Numbered from the stretch's first letter, positions 48,187-58,023 are shown. The stretch is 64,000 nt of DNA from Candidatus Latescibacterota bacterium (GCA_965222605.1 OZ244960.1:5312001-5376000); one strand, 5' to 3'. Program-made: numbers and translations. The notes: generated by a model not told the origin, from the sequence alone.

Positions 48187-50627
48187 CGCTTAAACTCCTT
48201 TACTTTTTTGCGAATTTTTGCCTCGACATTTGCCGACAGAGGCCGAACTGGAATTTTTGCATTGCTGTGAGTTACAACATCACCTGCTATGGATATTTCA
48301 AGCCGCGGATGTTTGGGTACATAAGGCTCTTTTTCCAGCATCGTATGTAGTAAAACAAGGGCGGCTTCTTTGTCGGGAATCGTTCCTCTTGTATTGCCAT
48401 CGTCGCCGGGAGGCAATGGTGCGCCCACGCACGATGGACACCCCGCTTCACATTCGCATTCCGACACGACCATCCAACAGGCTGTTATGACGTCCTCAAT
48501 CATTTCATAAGCTTTTTCCGAAAAACCAATACCTCCCGGATGTCGGTCATATACAAATGCGGTAGGTCGCCCCGTATTGGAGCTATCGACGGTGGTGCCA
48601 ATATCCATAACATCGCACATCGCAAATAGGGGCAGCACTTCTCCCATCACATTGGCAATGCCTTTGAGTCCTTCAGATGGCACGCGGCTATGTCGCCGAC
48701 ACTGGTTTAGCCCCTCTTGCGGCGGCACGATCCAGCAGGCAGCTGTATCGAGCTTGCGCTCTGGCAAATCGAGGTTTTCCCAGCCAATACTGTCGCGGTC
48801 TTCGAATTTCACTTTCTTAAACATTGTTACCAGCGACGAGACTGAGACGTCGCCAAAATATACGTCACTGACGCGCCACACGCCCGACATCTCGGTATCA
48901 TTTACGACAATACTCGTCTCGTCAACAGCCTGGGTATAGTAGTCCAGTGCTTTTTGACTTACCCGTGCAATTTTGCGCTCTGTATCGAGTTGATCGACAA
49001 AGTACGTCTGCCCATTGTGCAAATATATAGCGTGTGTATGTATCTGAAAAAACGCGCTGATTTCATCCAGTGAACCGATCACTTGTGGGGCATCTTTTGT
49101 CTCGTCGATAATGGTGTAGGTCGAATCGCTGATATTGCGTAGGCCGACCTCTGCTGCCGGATATCCCGATTGGCTGTAAAACCACTGCCCATTGAGCTGG
49201 CGCGCCATGCCTTCATCTGATAGAATCTCAAGCAGAGCACCCGTAAATTCTCCCATGACTTCGCCTTCTTCGCCCCGCACGGGCAATTCGCGCAAAGCAC
49301 ACCGCAGGTGTCCCACGACGAGATGCGGATTGTTGGGGTCAATGGTCGCGTGTTCGGGAGATTGTCCGAAAAAGTAGGCTGGGTCGCGCATCAAAAATTG
49401 ATCGATGGGCGCGTTGTGCGCCACAAAGACCACCAGCGACTCTTCAGTCTGCCGCCCCGCACGCCCCGCTTGCTGCCACATGCTGGAAATACTGCCCGGA
49501 TATCCCACAATTAACGCGGCATCCAGGTCTCCAATATCAATACCCAATTCCAGGGCATTGGTGCTCACCACGCCGAGCAACTCGCCTTCAAATAACTGCC
49601 GCTCAATTTCTCGTCGTTCTGCGGGCAAATATCCGCCGCGATAAGCCCGAATCGCGCCTGCCAACCGCTGATTTACCATCGATAAATCCTCTTGCACATA
49701 GCGGTAGATCACCTCGGCGGATGTGCGCGCTCTGACAAACGCAATGGTTTGTACCCTGTTGTGAATGAGCTTGCCGAGCAACCACCGCGCCTCGGTATTT
49801 GAACTGCGCCGATCACTCGTCGTGCCTTCCAGAAAAGGCGGATTCCAGAACGCAAAATGGCGTTTGCCCCGCGGGGAGCCATCCCGATCAATCAGGCACA
49901 TCGGATGCCCGGTCAAGGCTTCGGCGTGTTCTTTGGGATTTGCTATGGTCGCGGAACAACACACAAATTGTGGGGGTGTGCCATAGTGCGCGCAAATTCG
50001 CATTAAACGCCGCAATACATTGGCTACATGCGAGCCAAAGACGCCCCGGTAAGTGTGTATTTCGTCGAGTACCACATAACGCAAATTTTGAAAAAAACGC
50101 GCCCAGCGCGGATGATTTGGCAACACGCCCTGATGTAACATATCGGGGTTGCTCAAGATCACCCGTCCCTCTTCGCGCAGTGTTTTGCGCTGGTTGGATG
50201 GGGTATCCCCGTCGTAAGTACCCAGAGAAAATTTCAGTTTTTCGTTCAATTCGCCAAACCGCGCGAGTCCGCGGGCCTGATCCTGTGCCAGGGCTTTGGT
50301 CGGAAAGAGATAGAGTGCGGTCGTCTGCGGGTCGGATAGCAGTGCTTCCAGTGTCGGTATCTGATAACAGAGGGTTTTTCCACTCGCCGTTGCCGTTACC
50401 ACCACCACGTCTTCTCTGCGCTTCAGTGCGGCCAGAGCATCGGCCTGATGCGTATAGAGCCGATCAATGCCCTGCTGTTTTAAGGCGTCGGAGATCGCGG
50501 GATGTAGCGCGCAGTCATCAGCAGCGAATTTAGCTTCTTGCGCGGGTATGGTTTCTATATGAGCGACCTGACCGGCATACCCATAGTCGCGGCGAACATG
50601 CGCGATAAATTGATCAAAATTCATCAT
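48183..50627 (-). CDS. Hrq1/MrfA(YprA)-like DEAH helicase with C-terminal DUF1998 zinc site
   Basis: 'TASGKT', 'PTKALAQDQ', 'DEIH', 'TNALELGIDIG', 'QQAGRAGR', 'CECEAGCPSC'. Confidence 0.95.
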   Translation of the reverse strand: MMNFDQFIAHVRRDYGYAGQVAHIETIPAQEAKFAADDCALHPAISDALKQQGIDRLYTHQADALAALKRREDVVVVTATASGKTLCYQIPTLEALLSDPQTTALYLFPTKALAQDQARGLARFGELNEKLKFSLGTYDGDTPSNQRKTLREEGRVILSNPDMLHQGVLPNHPRWARFFQNLRYVVLDEIHTYRGVFGSHVANVLRRLMRICAHYGTPPQFVCCSATIANPKEHAEALTGHPMCLIDRDGSPRGKRHFAFWNPPFLEGTTSDRRSSNTEARWLLGKLIHNRVQTIAFVRARTSAEVIYRYVQEDLSMVNQRLAGAIRAYRGGYLPAERREIERQLFEGELLGVVSTNALELGIDIGDLDAALIVGYPGSISSMWQQAGRAGRQTEESLVVFVAHNAPIDQFLMRDPAYFFGQSPEHATIDPNNPHLVVGHLRCALRELPVRGEEGEVMGEFTGALLEILSDEGMARQLNGQWFYSQSGYPAAEVGLRNISDSTYTIIDETKDAPQVIGSLDEISAFFQIHTHAIYLHNGQTYFVDQLDTERKIARVSQKALDYYTQAVDETSIVVNDTEMSGVWRVSDVYFGDVSVSSLVTMFKKVKFEDRDSIGWENLDLPERKLDTAACWIVPPQEGLNQCRRHSRVPSEGLKGIANVMGEVLPLFAMCDVMDIGTTVDSSNTGRPTAFVYDRHPGGIGFSEKAYEMIEDVITACWMVVSECECEAGCPSCVGAPLPPGDDGNTRGTIPDKEAALVLLHTMLEKEPYVPKHPRLEISIAGDVVTHSNAKIPVRPLSANVEAKIRKKVKEFKR

Positions 50628-50700
50628 GCGGAAGGGACTTTTGAATGCCAACGGAGGAGAGGTAAAGAAGTAAAAAAGAAAGAAGGAGGTACGATATGAC

Positions 50701-50729
50701 AATATAGTTGGAAGGAGAATAGGGGTCAA
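50701..50729 (-). promoter_or_regulatory. sigma-70-type promoter for the helicase operon
   Basis: Minus strand TTGACC-N17-TATATT. Confidence 0.5.
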
Positions 50730-50801
50730 CTTAAAAGAGGCGATTGTACGCACAGGCAGGCGTGAATAGAAGGTGGTATTTACGTATCAGATTTTTAGCT
50801 C

Positions 50802-51758
50802 TTACATACCACACGCATACGCGTCAAATACAATGTGTAAATCGCGTTTTGCGCGTGCAAAATCCGAATACGGCTGCCGCGAGCGGTTTTGAAGACAAGA
50901 TAAAAAATCAGCCGTCATTGCTCGATAGCCCATCAAATCTTTCATACCCGGCCAAAGAATTCGAAAGCCTTTCTGGGGTTTGCGAATATAGATGCCGTTG
51001 CTTTCAAAAACAATGCGTCCGCGCGTGCCTTCGATATAAGAATGCTGAAAAACGCCTTTTGTCAAACTGGGCGTTTGCCACGAGTAATGCAATTCGCCAA
51101 TCGCGCCTGTGGCATAGGCCATCCGCACGACAGATTCGCGCTCTGGGTTACTGCCGGAATAGCCCGGGAATATCGCTTCGACCTGTTCGGGCACTGCATC
51201 GAATAGATCTGAAATCAGGGCGATAAAATGAATACCGCCTTCCAACAAAGCACCATAAGCACTTTTCCAACCTTGTGCCTGCTGTGTTGTAAGCTTTTTC
51301 ACAGAAACCGAACGCATTTCGCCGATATCGCCCTGGGCGAGCATGTGCTTGATTTGCGCCAACGAGGGTTTGTAATAATAATTCTCCGCGATCATTAACA
51401 AGGGGGTCTCGACCCGTTCCAGTGCGGCCTCGATCTCAGCAATTTCCTCTAATGAGATGCACATTGGTTTTTCGACGAGTACGGCCTTGCTGGCTTCTAA
51501 TAATGCGATTATCTGGTCTTTGTGATGCTCCGGCGGGGAAGCGATTACTACGGCATCTACATCGCTTTCTAAAACGGCGTTCAGATCGTCAAAGATGCCG
51601 TGTCCCTGGAATCTGGTATTAAATTTATACGCACTTACTCGCGACCGACTGCAAAAATACAACGTCGCCCGCCACCGCAAATTTTTCGCGTGAAGTGCTC
51701 CGATATTTCCACAGCCCAGGATGCAAATACGCGGTTTTTTATACGTTAGATGATTCAT
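50802..51758 (-). CDS. Gfo/Idh/MocA family oxidoreductase
   Basis: 'ILGCGNIG', 'LVEKP', 'AEN', 'EGGIH'. Confidence 0.9.
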   Translation of the reverse strand: MNHLTYKKPRICILGCGNIGALHAKNLRWRATLYFCSRSRVSAYKFNTRFQGHGIFDDLNAVLESDVDAVVIASPPEHHKDQIIALLEASKAVLVEKPMCISLEEIAEIEAALERVETPLLMIAENYYYKPSLAQIKHMLAQGDIGEMRSVSVKKLTTQQAQGWKSAYGALLEGGIHFIALISDLFDAVPEQVEAIFPGYSGSNPERESVVRMAYATGAIGELHYSWQTPSLTKGVFQHSYIEGTRGRIVFESNGIYIRKPQKGFRILWPGMKDLMGYRAMTADFLSCLQNRSRQPYSDFARAKRDLHIVFDAYACGM

Positions 51759-51776
51759 TTTTGATTGTACTAACGT

Positions 51777-52166
51777 TCATACCCGTTGACCAAGACAATA
51801 GCACAACCCGTCCGGTGCGATGACAAAGAATATGCGGAAGGATTTATCGCCGTGTTGGTCAATCCGATAATTGGGAGCATCATTTTTTAATCCATTGTTT
51901 TTTAATTCGTTAAAAGCGGCTTCGACATCATCCACTTCAAAGAAGCAACCCTCTTGAGTCGGGTCACCACCGTTTTCCGCTAACCCTATCTGGATATCGT
52001 CTCTTGCGAGTATAGCGGATTGACAAGGCGCGTCCTGCTGAGATACGACCTGAAATCCCATGATTGTTTCGTAAAAAGGGATGGCTTCTTTTAGATTCTC
52101 AACTGGAAGGTTCATGGCGTCTTGTAAGTAGGGCGAGGCAGTTTTGAATACAGCTTTGGTTTTCAT
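51777..52166 (-). CDS. VOC (glyoxalase/bleomycin resistance) family protein
   Basis: 'FYE.IMGF', 'FEVDDVEA', 'F...PDG'. Confidence 0.85.
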   Translation of the reverse strand: MKTKAVFKTASPYLQDAMNLPVENLKEAIPFYETIMGFQVVSQQDAPCQSAILARDDIQIGLAENGGDPTQEGCFFEVDDVEAAFNELKNNGLKNDAPNYRIDQHGDKSFRIFFVIAPDGLCYCLGQRV

Positions 52167-52181
52167 ACTTATCTCCTTCTC

Positions 52182-54026
52182 TCATTTCTTTTTTTGAGCT
52201 GTGGTACGGACTGTCCCTTTCCCCGGCACATCCACCCGCACAGTCAGCACGGTATATCTCCCATTGTCGCTGGTGACCATCGTTTCCAGACGTCCGCCAT
52301 CCACCGCGTACGCTCCTGCTGGTAGCACGAATGTCACCCGGCAATCGGGAAATGTATCCTCAAGTATATTGGTCACTGTGGCTGTCACTCTGTCGTGTAT
52401 CCCGTCGTTACCCGGATCGTATGCCACCTCAAGCGGCGGCGGTCCCACTCGATCAAAAGGAATAGGAGCAACAGCATCTCCACGATAGGTCGCCGATGCT
52501 ACATGACCGTCTTTAAATCGCACCACCCGAAAACTGCTGCTGTTGATCTTGCCCACCCGCGTCGTGGGTGTGGCTCCAATGGTCATCACCTTCTCCCCAG
52601 GACCATGCGCGTCGTGGATCAGCTTTACCCGGTGCTTATCCAGAAACGTCTCCACCGGTGCATTGTGCTCGAATGCGTTAATTACCTTGATCCGAGCCTT
52701 CGCCCTCGAGGATAGAAGCGCGTTGGCCTGCGATAGATCCACATGCCAGGGATGACCGAAATTCAGGATGCATAGATCTGGGCCATAATCAATGATTTCC
52801 ACTGGATCTCCATACCACTTCTCATGTCCGTAAAATTGGTGATTGCCGAATGTAATCGCGTAGGGTATTTCCAGCACCAGATGTGATCCCGAGATATACG
52901 CCGGATTCACCGCATTGCTAATCAGAACTATATCCGGCGCGATCAGGTTGGCGATCTCCGCCAGCCGTCTCTCGTATTCCGCCTGATACTGTCCCTGCGT
53001 ATCCAGGTGTCCAAATGTCATAAATACCGGATCTTTTGGATAGTTTTGAACTACGTACACACTCCTGGGAGACCGTCGCACGAAATCTCCCCGAGAGCCG
53101 GACACCCTTATCGATAGATTGTATAACCCCGGTGGCATGTCTTGAGGTAACTTCACCGTACCTTCCCGATCGTAGTAGAACTTCGCGCTCGGATCTTCTT
53201 CAAACGCCACTGTGCGTGAGATCGTAGCCGGCCCAACCCGATGCGACAACTTCACTTGCTCAATCACATTGTCGTAGGCTCCTAATCGTACCCGAAAGGA
53301 TTCTCCGGGCTGATGGATGGCAGGGTGCCCCAGGACAGGGAACCGGACGCCTTGTGGTCTGGTCTCTGGATGTCGGTGCAGATACACTGGCGGCAGGCGC
53401 GTTTCTTCATCTCTTTGGATCGCGATTTCTTCAATTTTTTGGGGTTCCCATCCGTACGCAACCAATTCCAGCGAATACCCCTTTCCTGCGGGTAGGCCGG
53501 TCAGACGGCACGCCCCCGATAACCAGTTCCGCACCAGCGCGTTTCGCACTACTTGATCACCCTGGCGTACCACCGCTCGTGCATCTACGAAGAATCCGTT
53601 TTCCTCGCCGTTGAGCACAAATGACAAATCTCCAGAATGCTCCGCCATGACTCGAAACCCGGACACTCGGCAGCCCATCTCAACCCTGTTCAGACGATGC
53701 ACAACGCGTACTCGGTGTTTCCCTGGCGTCAGTCCCCTCGCCAGTACCACCTCTCGTGCTTCGTTACCCGGATATAAGACGCGCGGCCTCCCATCATCCA
53801 CTGTCACAATTAGCTTTCCCAGAGACGGTCTTCCATAGGCTGACACGGCGTGCTGGCCCAGACCAAGTGCCACTCCTGTACCGGTGAATTCAAACGTCAA
53901 GGCAGCGCCATTATCCTCTGTCTCCAGGCAGGCTGTCTCGGCATACCGAAACTGGCTCACCCACCACGCACCTGACTGCAGCACACGGACCGTATCCAGG
54001 GCAGACACCCACTCCTTTCCTGTCAT
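52182..54026 (-). CDS. Hypothetical multidomain protein, possibly with a degenerate metallophosphoesterase C-terminal domain
   Basis: Beta-sandwich-like 'FTGTGV...VDD...LTPGKH.VRV'; later 'PDIVLIS', 'FGNH'. Confidence 0.55.
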   Translation of the reverse strand: MTGKEWVSALDTVRVLQSGAWWVSQFRYAETACLETEDNGAALTFEFTGTGVALGLGQHAVSAYGRPSLGKLIVTVDDGRPRVLYPGNEAREVVLARGLTPGKHRVRVVHRLNRVEMGCRVSGFRVMAEHSGDLSFVLNGEENGFFVDARAVVRQGDQVVRNALVRNWLSGACRLTGLPAGKGYSLELVAYGWEPQKIEEIAIQRDEETRLPPVYLHRHPETRPQGVRFPVLGHPAIHQPGESFRVRLGAYDNVIEQVKLSHRVGPATISRTVAFEEDPSAKFYYDREGTVKLPQDMPPGLYNLSIRVSGSRGDFVRRSPRSVYVVQNYPKDPVFMTFGHLDTQGQYQAEYERRLAEIANLIAPDIVLISNAVNPAYISGSHLVLEIPYAITFGNHQFYGHEKWYGDPVEIIDYGPDLCILNFGHPWHVDLSQANALLSSRAKARIKVINAFEHNAPVETFLDKHRVKLIHDAHGPGEKVMTIGATPTTRVGKINSSSFRVVRFKDGHVASATYRGDAVAPIPFDRVGPPPLEVAYDPGNDGIHDRVTATVTNILEDTFPDCRVTFVLPAGAYAVDGGRLETMVTSDNGRYTVLTVRVDVPGKGTVRTTAQKKK

Positions 54027-54919
54027 TAGACACCCACTTCTCTCGGAACAATATCCAGGTCCCATTTTTGCCAGTAATATTTCACCGGGTCGCTCGCATC
54101 CCATTTTTCGTATACATCTTCCCAGGTCAGCCAATTCATGTGCGGCTGTAGCGAATCATCTCGAACCGGATGGCTTCGCGGTTGATATCGGTAATCAGAT
54201 GAAATCCGCAGACGGTCTGCCGACTCGTTATCTCGTCCTTGATGAATCGTCAGGCTGTGTAAAATAATCACGTCACCGCACATATAGTCGCCACCGACCC
54301 AGACGGAATCCTCTTCGACGGGAACCTGACGGCCACCCGGTCCCACGCCTTCGAATGTCTCCAGTTTACCGCGCCGGTGCGATCCTCGGGCGACAGCGAG
54401 TCCACCGAGATCCTCGGGACAGTCACCATAGGGAAGCCAGGCTGTCCAGGTTTCGTCTGATCCTCCGATGAAGTAATTGTCCTGGTGCGGCGGGGTCGAA
54501 TGGGTATTCGTATTGGGGAAGACAAGGCGGCAGATGTTTCGGCTGTGCGGCAGCACCTGTTCGCCGAATAGAATTTCAAATGCCCGAATCAGAGGGGGTT
54601 CGAGTGCCAGTGCGTGAAAGTCTCGAATTTTCAGAACATCTTCATAAAACGCTTGCCAGTGCGGGTCTCTGCTCTCGACGACCTGAATGTCGAGATTTGC
54701 AATGCCTGCTGTCAGTTCAGAGCCGTCCACCAGCCACCCGTGATCCCGACAGACGCCGAGGATCTGACGCCGAGCTTCGAGCACGCGTACCGGATCGAGC
54801 AGGTGACGAAAGAACAGATACCCGTTCTCCTTTGCCTGTTGTCGAAGCTTTGTTGGATTCTGCAACAAAGCTGTCGCATCCTCCGGCGCCTCGATTTGCT
54901 TCATGTCAATCATTGCCAT
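54026..54919 (-). CDS. Phytanoyl-CoA dioxygenase family protein
   Basis: 'NGYLFFR', 'TPPHQD', 'TAW.P', 'GSH', 'H.G..N...R.S.DYRY'. Confidence 0.92.
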   Translation of the reverse strand: MAMIDMKQIEAPEDATALLQNPTKLRQQAKENGYLFFRHLLDPVRVLEARRQILGVCRDHGWLVDGSELTAGIANLDIQVVESRDPHWQAFYEDVLKIRDFHALALEPPLIRAFEILFGEQVLPHSRNICRLVFPNTNTHSTPPHQDNYFIGGSDETWTAWLPYGDCPEDLGGLAVARGSHRRGKLETFEGVGPGGRQVPVEEDSVWVGGDYMCGDVIILHSLTIHQGRDNESADRLRISSDYRYQPRSHPVRDDSLQPHMNWLTWEDVYEKWDASDPVKYYWQKWDLDIVPREVGV

Positions 54920-54938
54920 TATGATGGTCTCCTTCCTA

Positions 54939-54953
54939 TAACGATTATCGTTA
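54939..54953. promoter_or_regulatory. Perfect 7-1-7 palindrome, candidate operator
   Basis: TAACGAT-T-ATCGTTA 20 bp upstream of the PhyH start. Confidence 0.45.
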
Positions 54954-55048
54954 AGTGAATCCTATATATCGCATCCAACGTCACGAAAATTTTTGACGTC
55001 TTGCATATCACTCCCAAAATTATAATCAGATTTTCATTGCCGAAGCGA

Positions 55049-55741
55049 TCAATTGCTGGTTGTCTGTGTAACGATAATCGGCATGATGACGGTTGCCATG
55101 ACGGCCGCTTGCATCGCCGCTATGGCTTCTTTCGCCGCCGGTCCCGTGGCTTCACCGTTAATAATTCGTTCGATTCGTGTTTTACGGTCTTTCAGGTCCT
55201 TTTTATCGAAGACCATTTCCAGAAGTCCAGCGCTATTCATCAGTGACACAAGAATGACTGTTCGTGGCTCGACATCTCTGGTGTCAGTGAAGATGGCCAG
55301 ACGTAGAAGCTCAACCAGATTCTTTTTTGGCAGTGGATTAATCTGGGAATAAAGCTTTCGCTTAAAGATGAACAAAACCTTGTCTTCAGTCGCCTGAAGG
55401 ATCCCCCGACTGCACAGTTGGGCGGCAACGCGGTGTTTGAGATCCTTCATTATGGCAAACCTCAAAACCCAATCACGAAGTGATGCACTTTTTTTCGCGT
55501 TAGTGATTTTTTCAAAGCATTCGTCAATCACAGGTTCACCGATAGGTGTAGTACTGACAGGAGTGACGATTCTTTTTTGCGATTCTGCAACACAGATGAG
55601 ATTGCTTAACAAAAGCTCAGCCAGGATGGCCGCACCTATCGCGTAAGGGTATTTGGCCTGCGATGCGAACGTGCCTTTCTCCTCTTGCAAAGCCAAGAGC
55701 GTGATCTCTTCGTGTAATAAGAGTGTGTCCTGAGTTCCCAT
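55049..55741 (-). CDS. GPP34/GOLPH3-like protein
   Basis: 'LLLHEEITLLAL.EEKG', 'GAAILAELLL', 'L..RGIL...E.KVL.IF'. Confidence 0.8.
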   Translation of the reverse strand: MGTQDTLLLHEEITLLALQEEKGTFASQAKYPYAIGAAILAELLLSNLICVAESQKRIVTPVSTTPIGEPVIDECFEKITNAKKSASLRDWVLRFAIMKDLKHRVAAQLCSRGILQATEDKVLFIFKRKLYSQINPLPKKNLVELLRLAIFTDTRDVEPRTVILVSLMNSAGLLEMVFDKKDLKDRKTRIERIINGEATGPAAKEAIAAMQAAVMATVIMPIIVTQTTSN

Positions 55742-55763
55742 GATGGAATCCTTTCGAAAAAGG

Positions 55764-56132
55764 TCAAGATAGGGCTGTAGGGGATAGCTCATGGATCTTG
55801 TCCGGTTCGGGCATGGATGTGAATTGGACAGCCTTTATCGTTTTACGGCCTTGAAGGATCGCTTTGCACAGGCGATGGCCACCATCCATGAGCGAGCCAT
55901 CGACATTTAGAATGATAGGATATTTTAGGGAAGAGTTGTTAATTTTTTTACAGTGTCGAGCGATTTCTCTTAATGTAGGTTTTTTTTCCCCAAACCAGCA
56001 GTCTTTGTCTAATTCTTTGATTGCTGATACTTCAATTTCAAATGGAGAAAGATCTCTGGACTGCATCCAGAGTTTTTCGGTGTACCACACGAGCCGTTTG
56101 CCATCGCGTATTGTACTGTGTTTCTGTGGCAC
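55764..56132 (-). CDS. Small ParB/Srx N-terminal-like domain protein
   Basis: 'YPIIL..DG.LMDGGHRL.KA...G'. Confidence 0.65.
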   Translation of the reverse strand: MPQKHSTIRDGKRLVWYTEKLWMQSRDLSPFEIEVSAIKELDKDCWFGEKKPTLREIARHCKKINNSSLKYPIILNVDGSLMDGGHRLCKAILQGRKTIKAVQFTSMPEPDKIHELSPTALS

Positions 56133-56139
56133 GCTTTCC

Positions 56140-57243
56140 TCATTTCTTGAGTGCGTCTCTTACGGCCCCGGCGAGTCCCGGGTGCTTCTGTAGGGTGCTC
56201 AAGCGAGAAATGACGAGATTACCGCCGCCGTATTTCAAGGCGATTTCTATCTCCTTGGCAAGGCGTTCGGGCGTGCGCACGAAGCCGGGCAGGTCGTGAA
56301 TGCCGATGAAGGGGACAAAGCGGTTGATCTCCGGATTTTCCAGACGCTTCATTTCGGCGGCTTCCATTTCAACGCGTTCGAGTCGCCATTCGGGGGGATT
56401 GAACCAGGAGATGGTCTGTGTGCAATAGTCGAGTTTGTATTTGGCGCCAATGTAATCGTCGGGAAGGAAGTTCGGCCAGACGTGGTTGGTGACGATGGCA
56501 TTGGGATCCATGGATTTAGCGTGATCGTAGAGGAGGCGGTGAACGTCAATGAGTGTTTGCGTGGAGACTTTGCCCATGATTTCGATGTCGGACAGGTCGG
56601 GGGTTTGTGCGCGCACTTTTTTACGGAGGGTTTCACAGTGGTCACAGAAACAGGCGTAGTAGTTGACAAAGCCAAAGCCGTCGAGGGCGATCCCGTCGGC
56701 GATGTTGAGGGCGCGCTCAACCCGCTTCTTGAGTTCGGCCTGCGATTCGGGGTGCTCGAAACAGAGGATCGTTCTCTGTAAGATGAACGATTGCCAGCGG
56801 AAGCTCTCTCCGCGCAACCGGAGCCAGGATTGTCCGGCGATGGCGTCCGAGACTTTGTATTCGAATTCGCGCATTTTCTGAAGGCAATGCGGATAGGCAT
56901 TTTCAAAGTCGTCGTTGGAATAGGGGAAGACGGTGGCGATGATCTGGATGTCTCGTTTATGGGCTCGCGCGACCATTTCGGGGGTGGCGCTATTGGTAAC
57001 AAGCGTGTTAAAGCCAAGGTCAGCCACAAAATCGACGGCTTGTTCGCGTTCGGTGTCGGTTCTGAGGCGGCCGATGGCCCAGACGGCTTTCATAGGGAGG
57101 CGTCCTTTCTGGGGTTGGGCAAGAGAAAGACCTGAGAAAGAGATGACAGAGGTGAGGATAAGGCCAACAAACATTGATCTGAGTGGAGTGCTTTCGGTTA
57201 ATATTTTCGCGGTTTTGGGCATGGGTTCTTGATTTTCAGTCAA
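56140..57243 (-). CDS. Exported TIM-barrel glycoside-hydrolase-like hypothetical protein
   Basis: Signal peptide; 'LCFEHPE', 'DGIALDG', 'CFCDHC'. Confidence 0.5.
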   Translation of the reverse strand: MTENQEPMPKTAKILTESTPLRSMFVGLILTSVISFSGLSLAQPQKGRLPMKAVWAIGRLRTDTEREQAVDFVADLGFNTLVTNSATPEMVARAHKRDIQIIATVFPYSNDDFENAYPHCLQKMREFEYKVSDAIAGQSWLRLRGESFRWQSFILQRTILCFEHPESQAELKKRVERALNIADGIALDGFGFVNYYACFCDHCETLRKKVRAQTPDLSDIEIMGKVSTQTLIDVHRLLYDHAKSMDPNAIVTNHVWPNFLPDDYIGAKYKLDYCTQTISWFNPPEWRLERVEMEAAEMKRLENPEINRFVPFIGIHDLPGFVRTPERLAKEIEIALKYGGGNLVISRLSTLQKHPGLAGAVRDALKK

Positions 57244-57322
57244 AGTCTCTTATATTTTTAATCAGAAATAAATATAGCCTTATTATGTCTTGTGACTTCT
57301 GTAAAATCTAAGGATATTTTCC

Positions 57323-57547
57323 ATGGGTGCAGTTAATCTAAAAGTCGAACTCCCTTCGAGTCTTTCCGGAGATGAGGCAAAAACTTTCCTTGCCATAAAA
57401 CTCTACGAAGTTGGCAAAGTGTCGCTTGGTCAGGCAGCAAAAACCGCTGGATACTCCAAACGCGCCTTCCTGGAGATTCTTGGACATTACGAGGTACCTG
57501 TCTTCAATTATTCTCCTGAAGAGTTGCGGCAGGAGATCAATCAGTGA
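57323..57547 (+). CDS. UPF0175 family antitoxin
   Basis: 'AIKLYE.GKVSLGQAA..AGYSKR.FLE.L'. Confidence 0.9.
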   Translation: MGAVNLKVELPSSLSGDEAKTFLAIKLYEVGKVSLGQAAKTAGYSKRAFLEILGHYEVPVFNYSPEELRQEINQ

Positions 57548-57993
57548 GTGAGCGCGTCGTAGCGGATAGCACATGCTTAATTGCGCTTGAACGCATCGAT
57601 CAGATCGAGATTCTGCCAGCCCTTTTTGAGCCTGTATTAATACCACCGGCTGTGGCACAAGAATTTGGAATCTCCTTCCCGTGGTTGAAAATAGAAAGAC
57701 TACCTGACCAGGCGTTGGTTGTTGCATTAAAAATGATGATTGATGATGGAGAAGCAGAGGCTATTGCTCTGTCCCAAGAGCAGAAGTGTCGAATTATCCT
57801 GGATGATCGACAGGCACGTCGTGTGGGGCAAAATATGGGACTCAGGGTTATAGGAACAGTCGGTATTTTGATTCTCGCCAAGCAAAGAGGCATTCTGTCC
57901 ACCGTCAAGCCTGTGCTTCAAAATCTGGATGATACTGGGTTCTATATCAGTGCTGCATTAAAAGCAGAAGCTTTGCGTCTCGCCGAAGAATAA
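57544..57993 (+). CDS. DUF3368 PIN-like toxin
   Basis: 'VVADSTCLI', 'IP.AV..E', 'DGEAEAI.L', 'LDDR.AR', 'GT.GIL..AK..G'. Confidence 0.9.
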   Translation: MSERVVADSTCLIALERIDQIEILPALFEPVLIPPAVAQEFGISFPWLKIERLPDQALVVALKMMIDDGEAEAIALSQEQKCRIILDDRQARRVGQNMGLRVIGTVGILILAKQRGILSTVKPVLQNLDDTGFYISAALKAEALRLAEE

Positions 57994-58023
57994 TACGTAG
58001 AGAAGATGAAACTTATATTTTTT

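Noticed and set aside
48183-50627. DUF1998 helicase as part of DISARM/Druantia
   Set aside because: It is a fused Hrq/MrfA-type protein in a housekeeping operon with no methylase or drm genes.
50628-50753. Hydrophobic N-terminal extension of the helicase ORF / purine-rich tract as an ncRNA
   Set aside because: It overlaps a plausible sigma-70 promoter and pyrimidine-rich 5' UTR; no structure or homology supports it.
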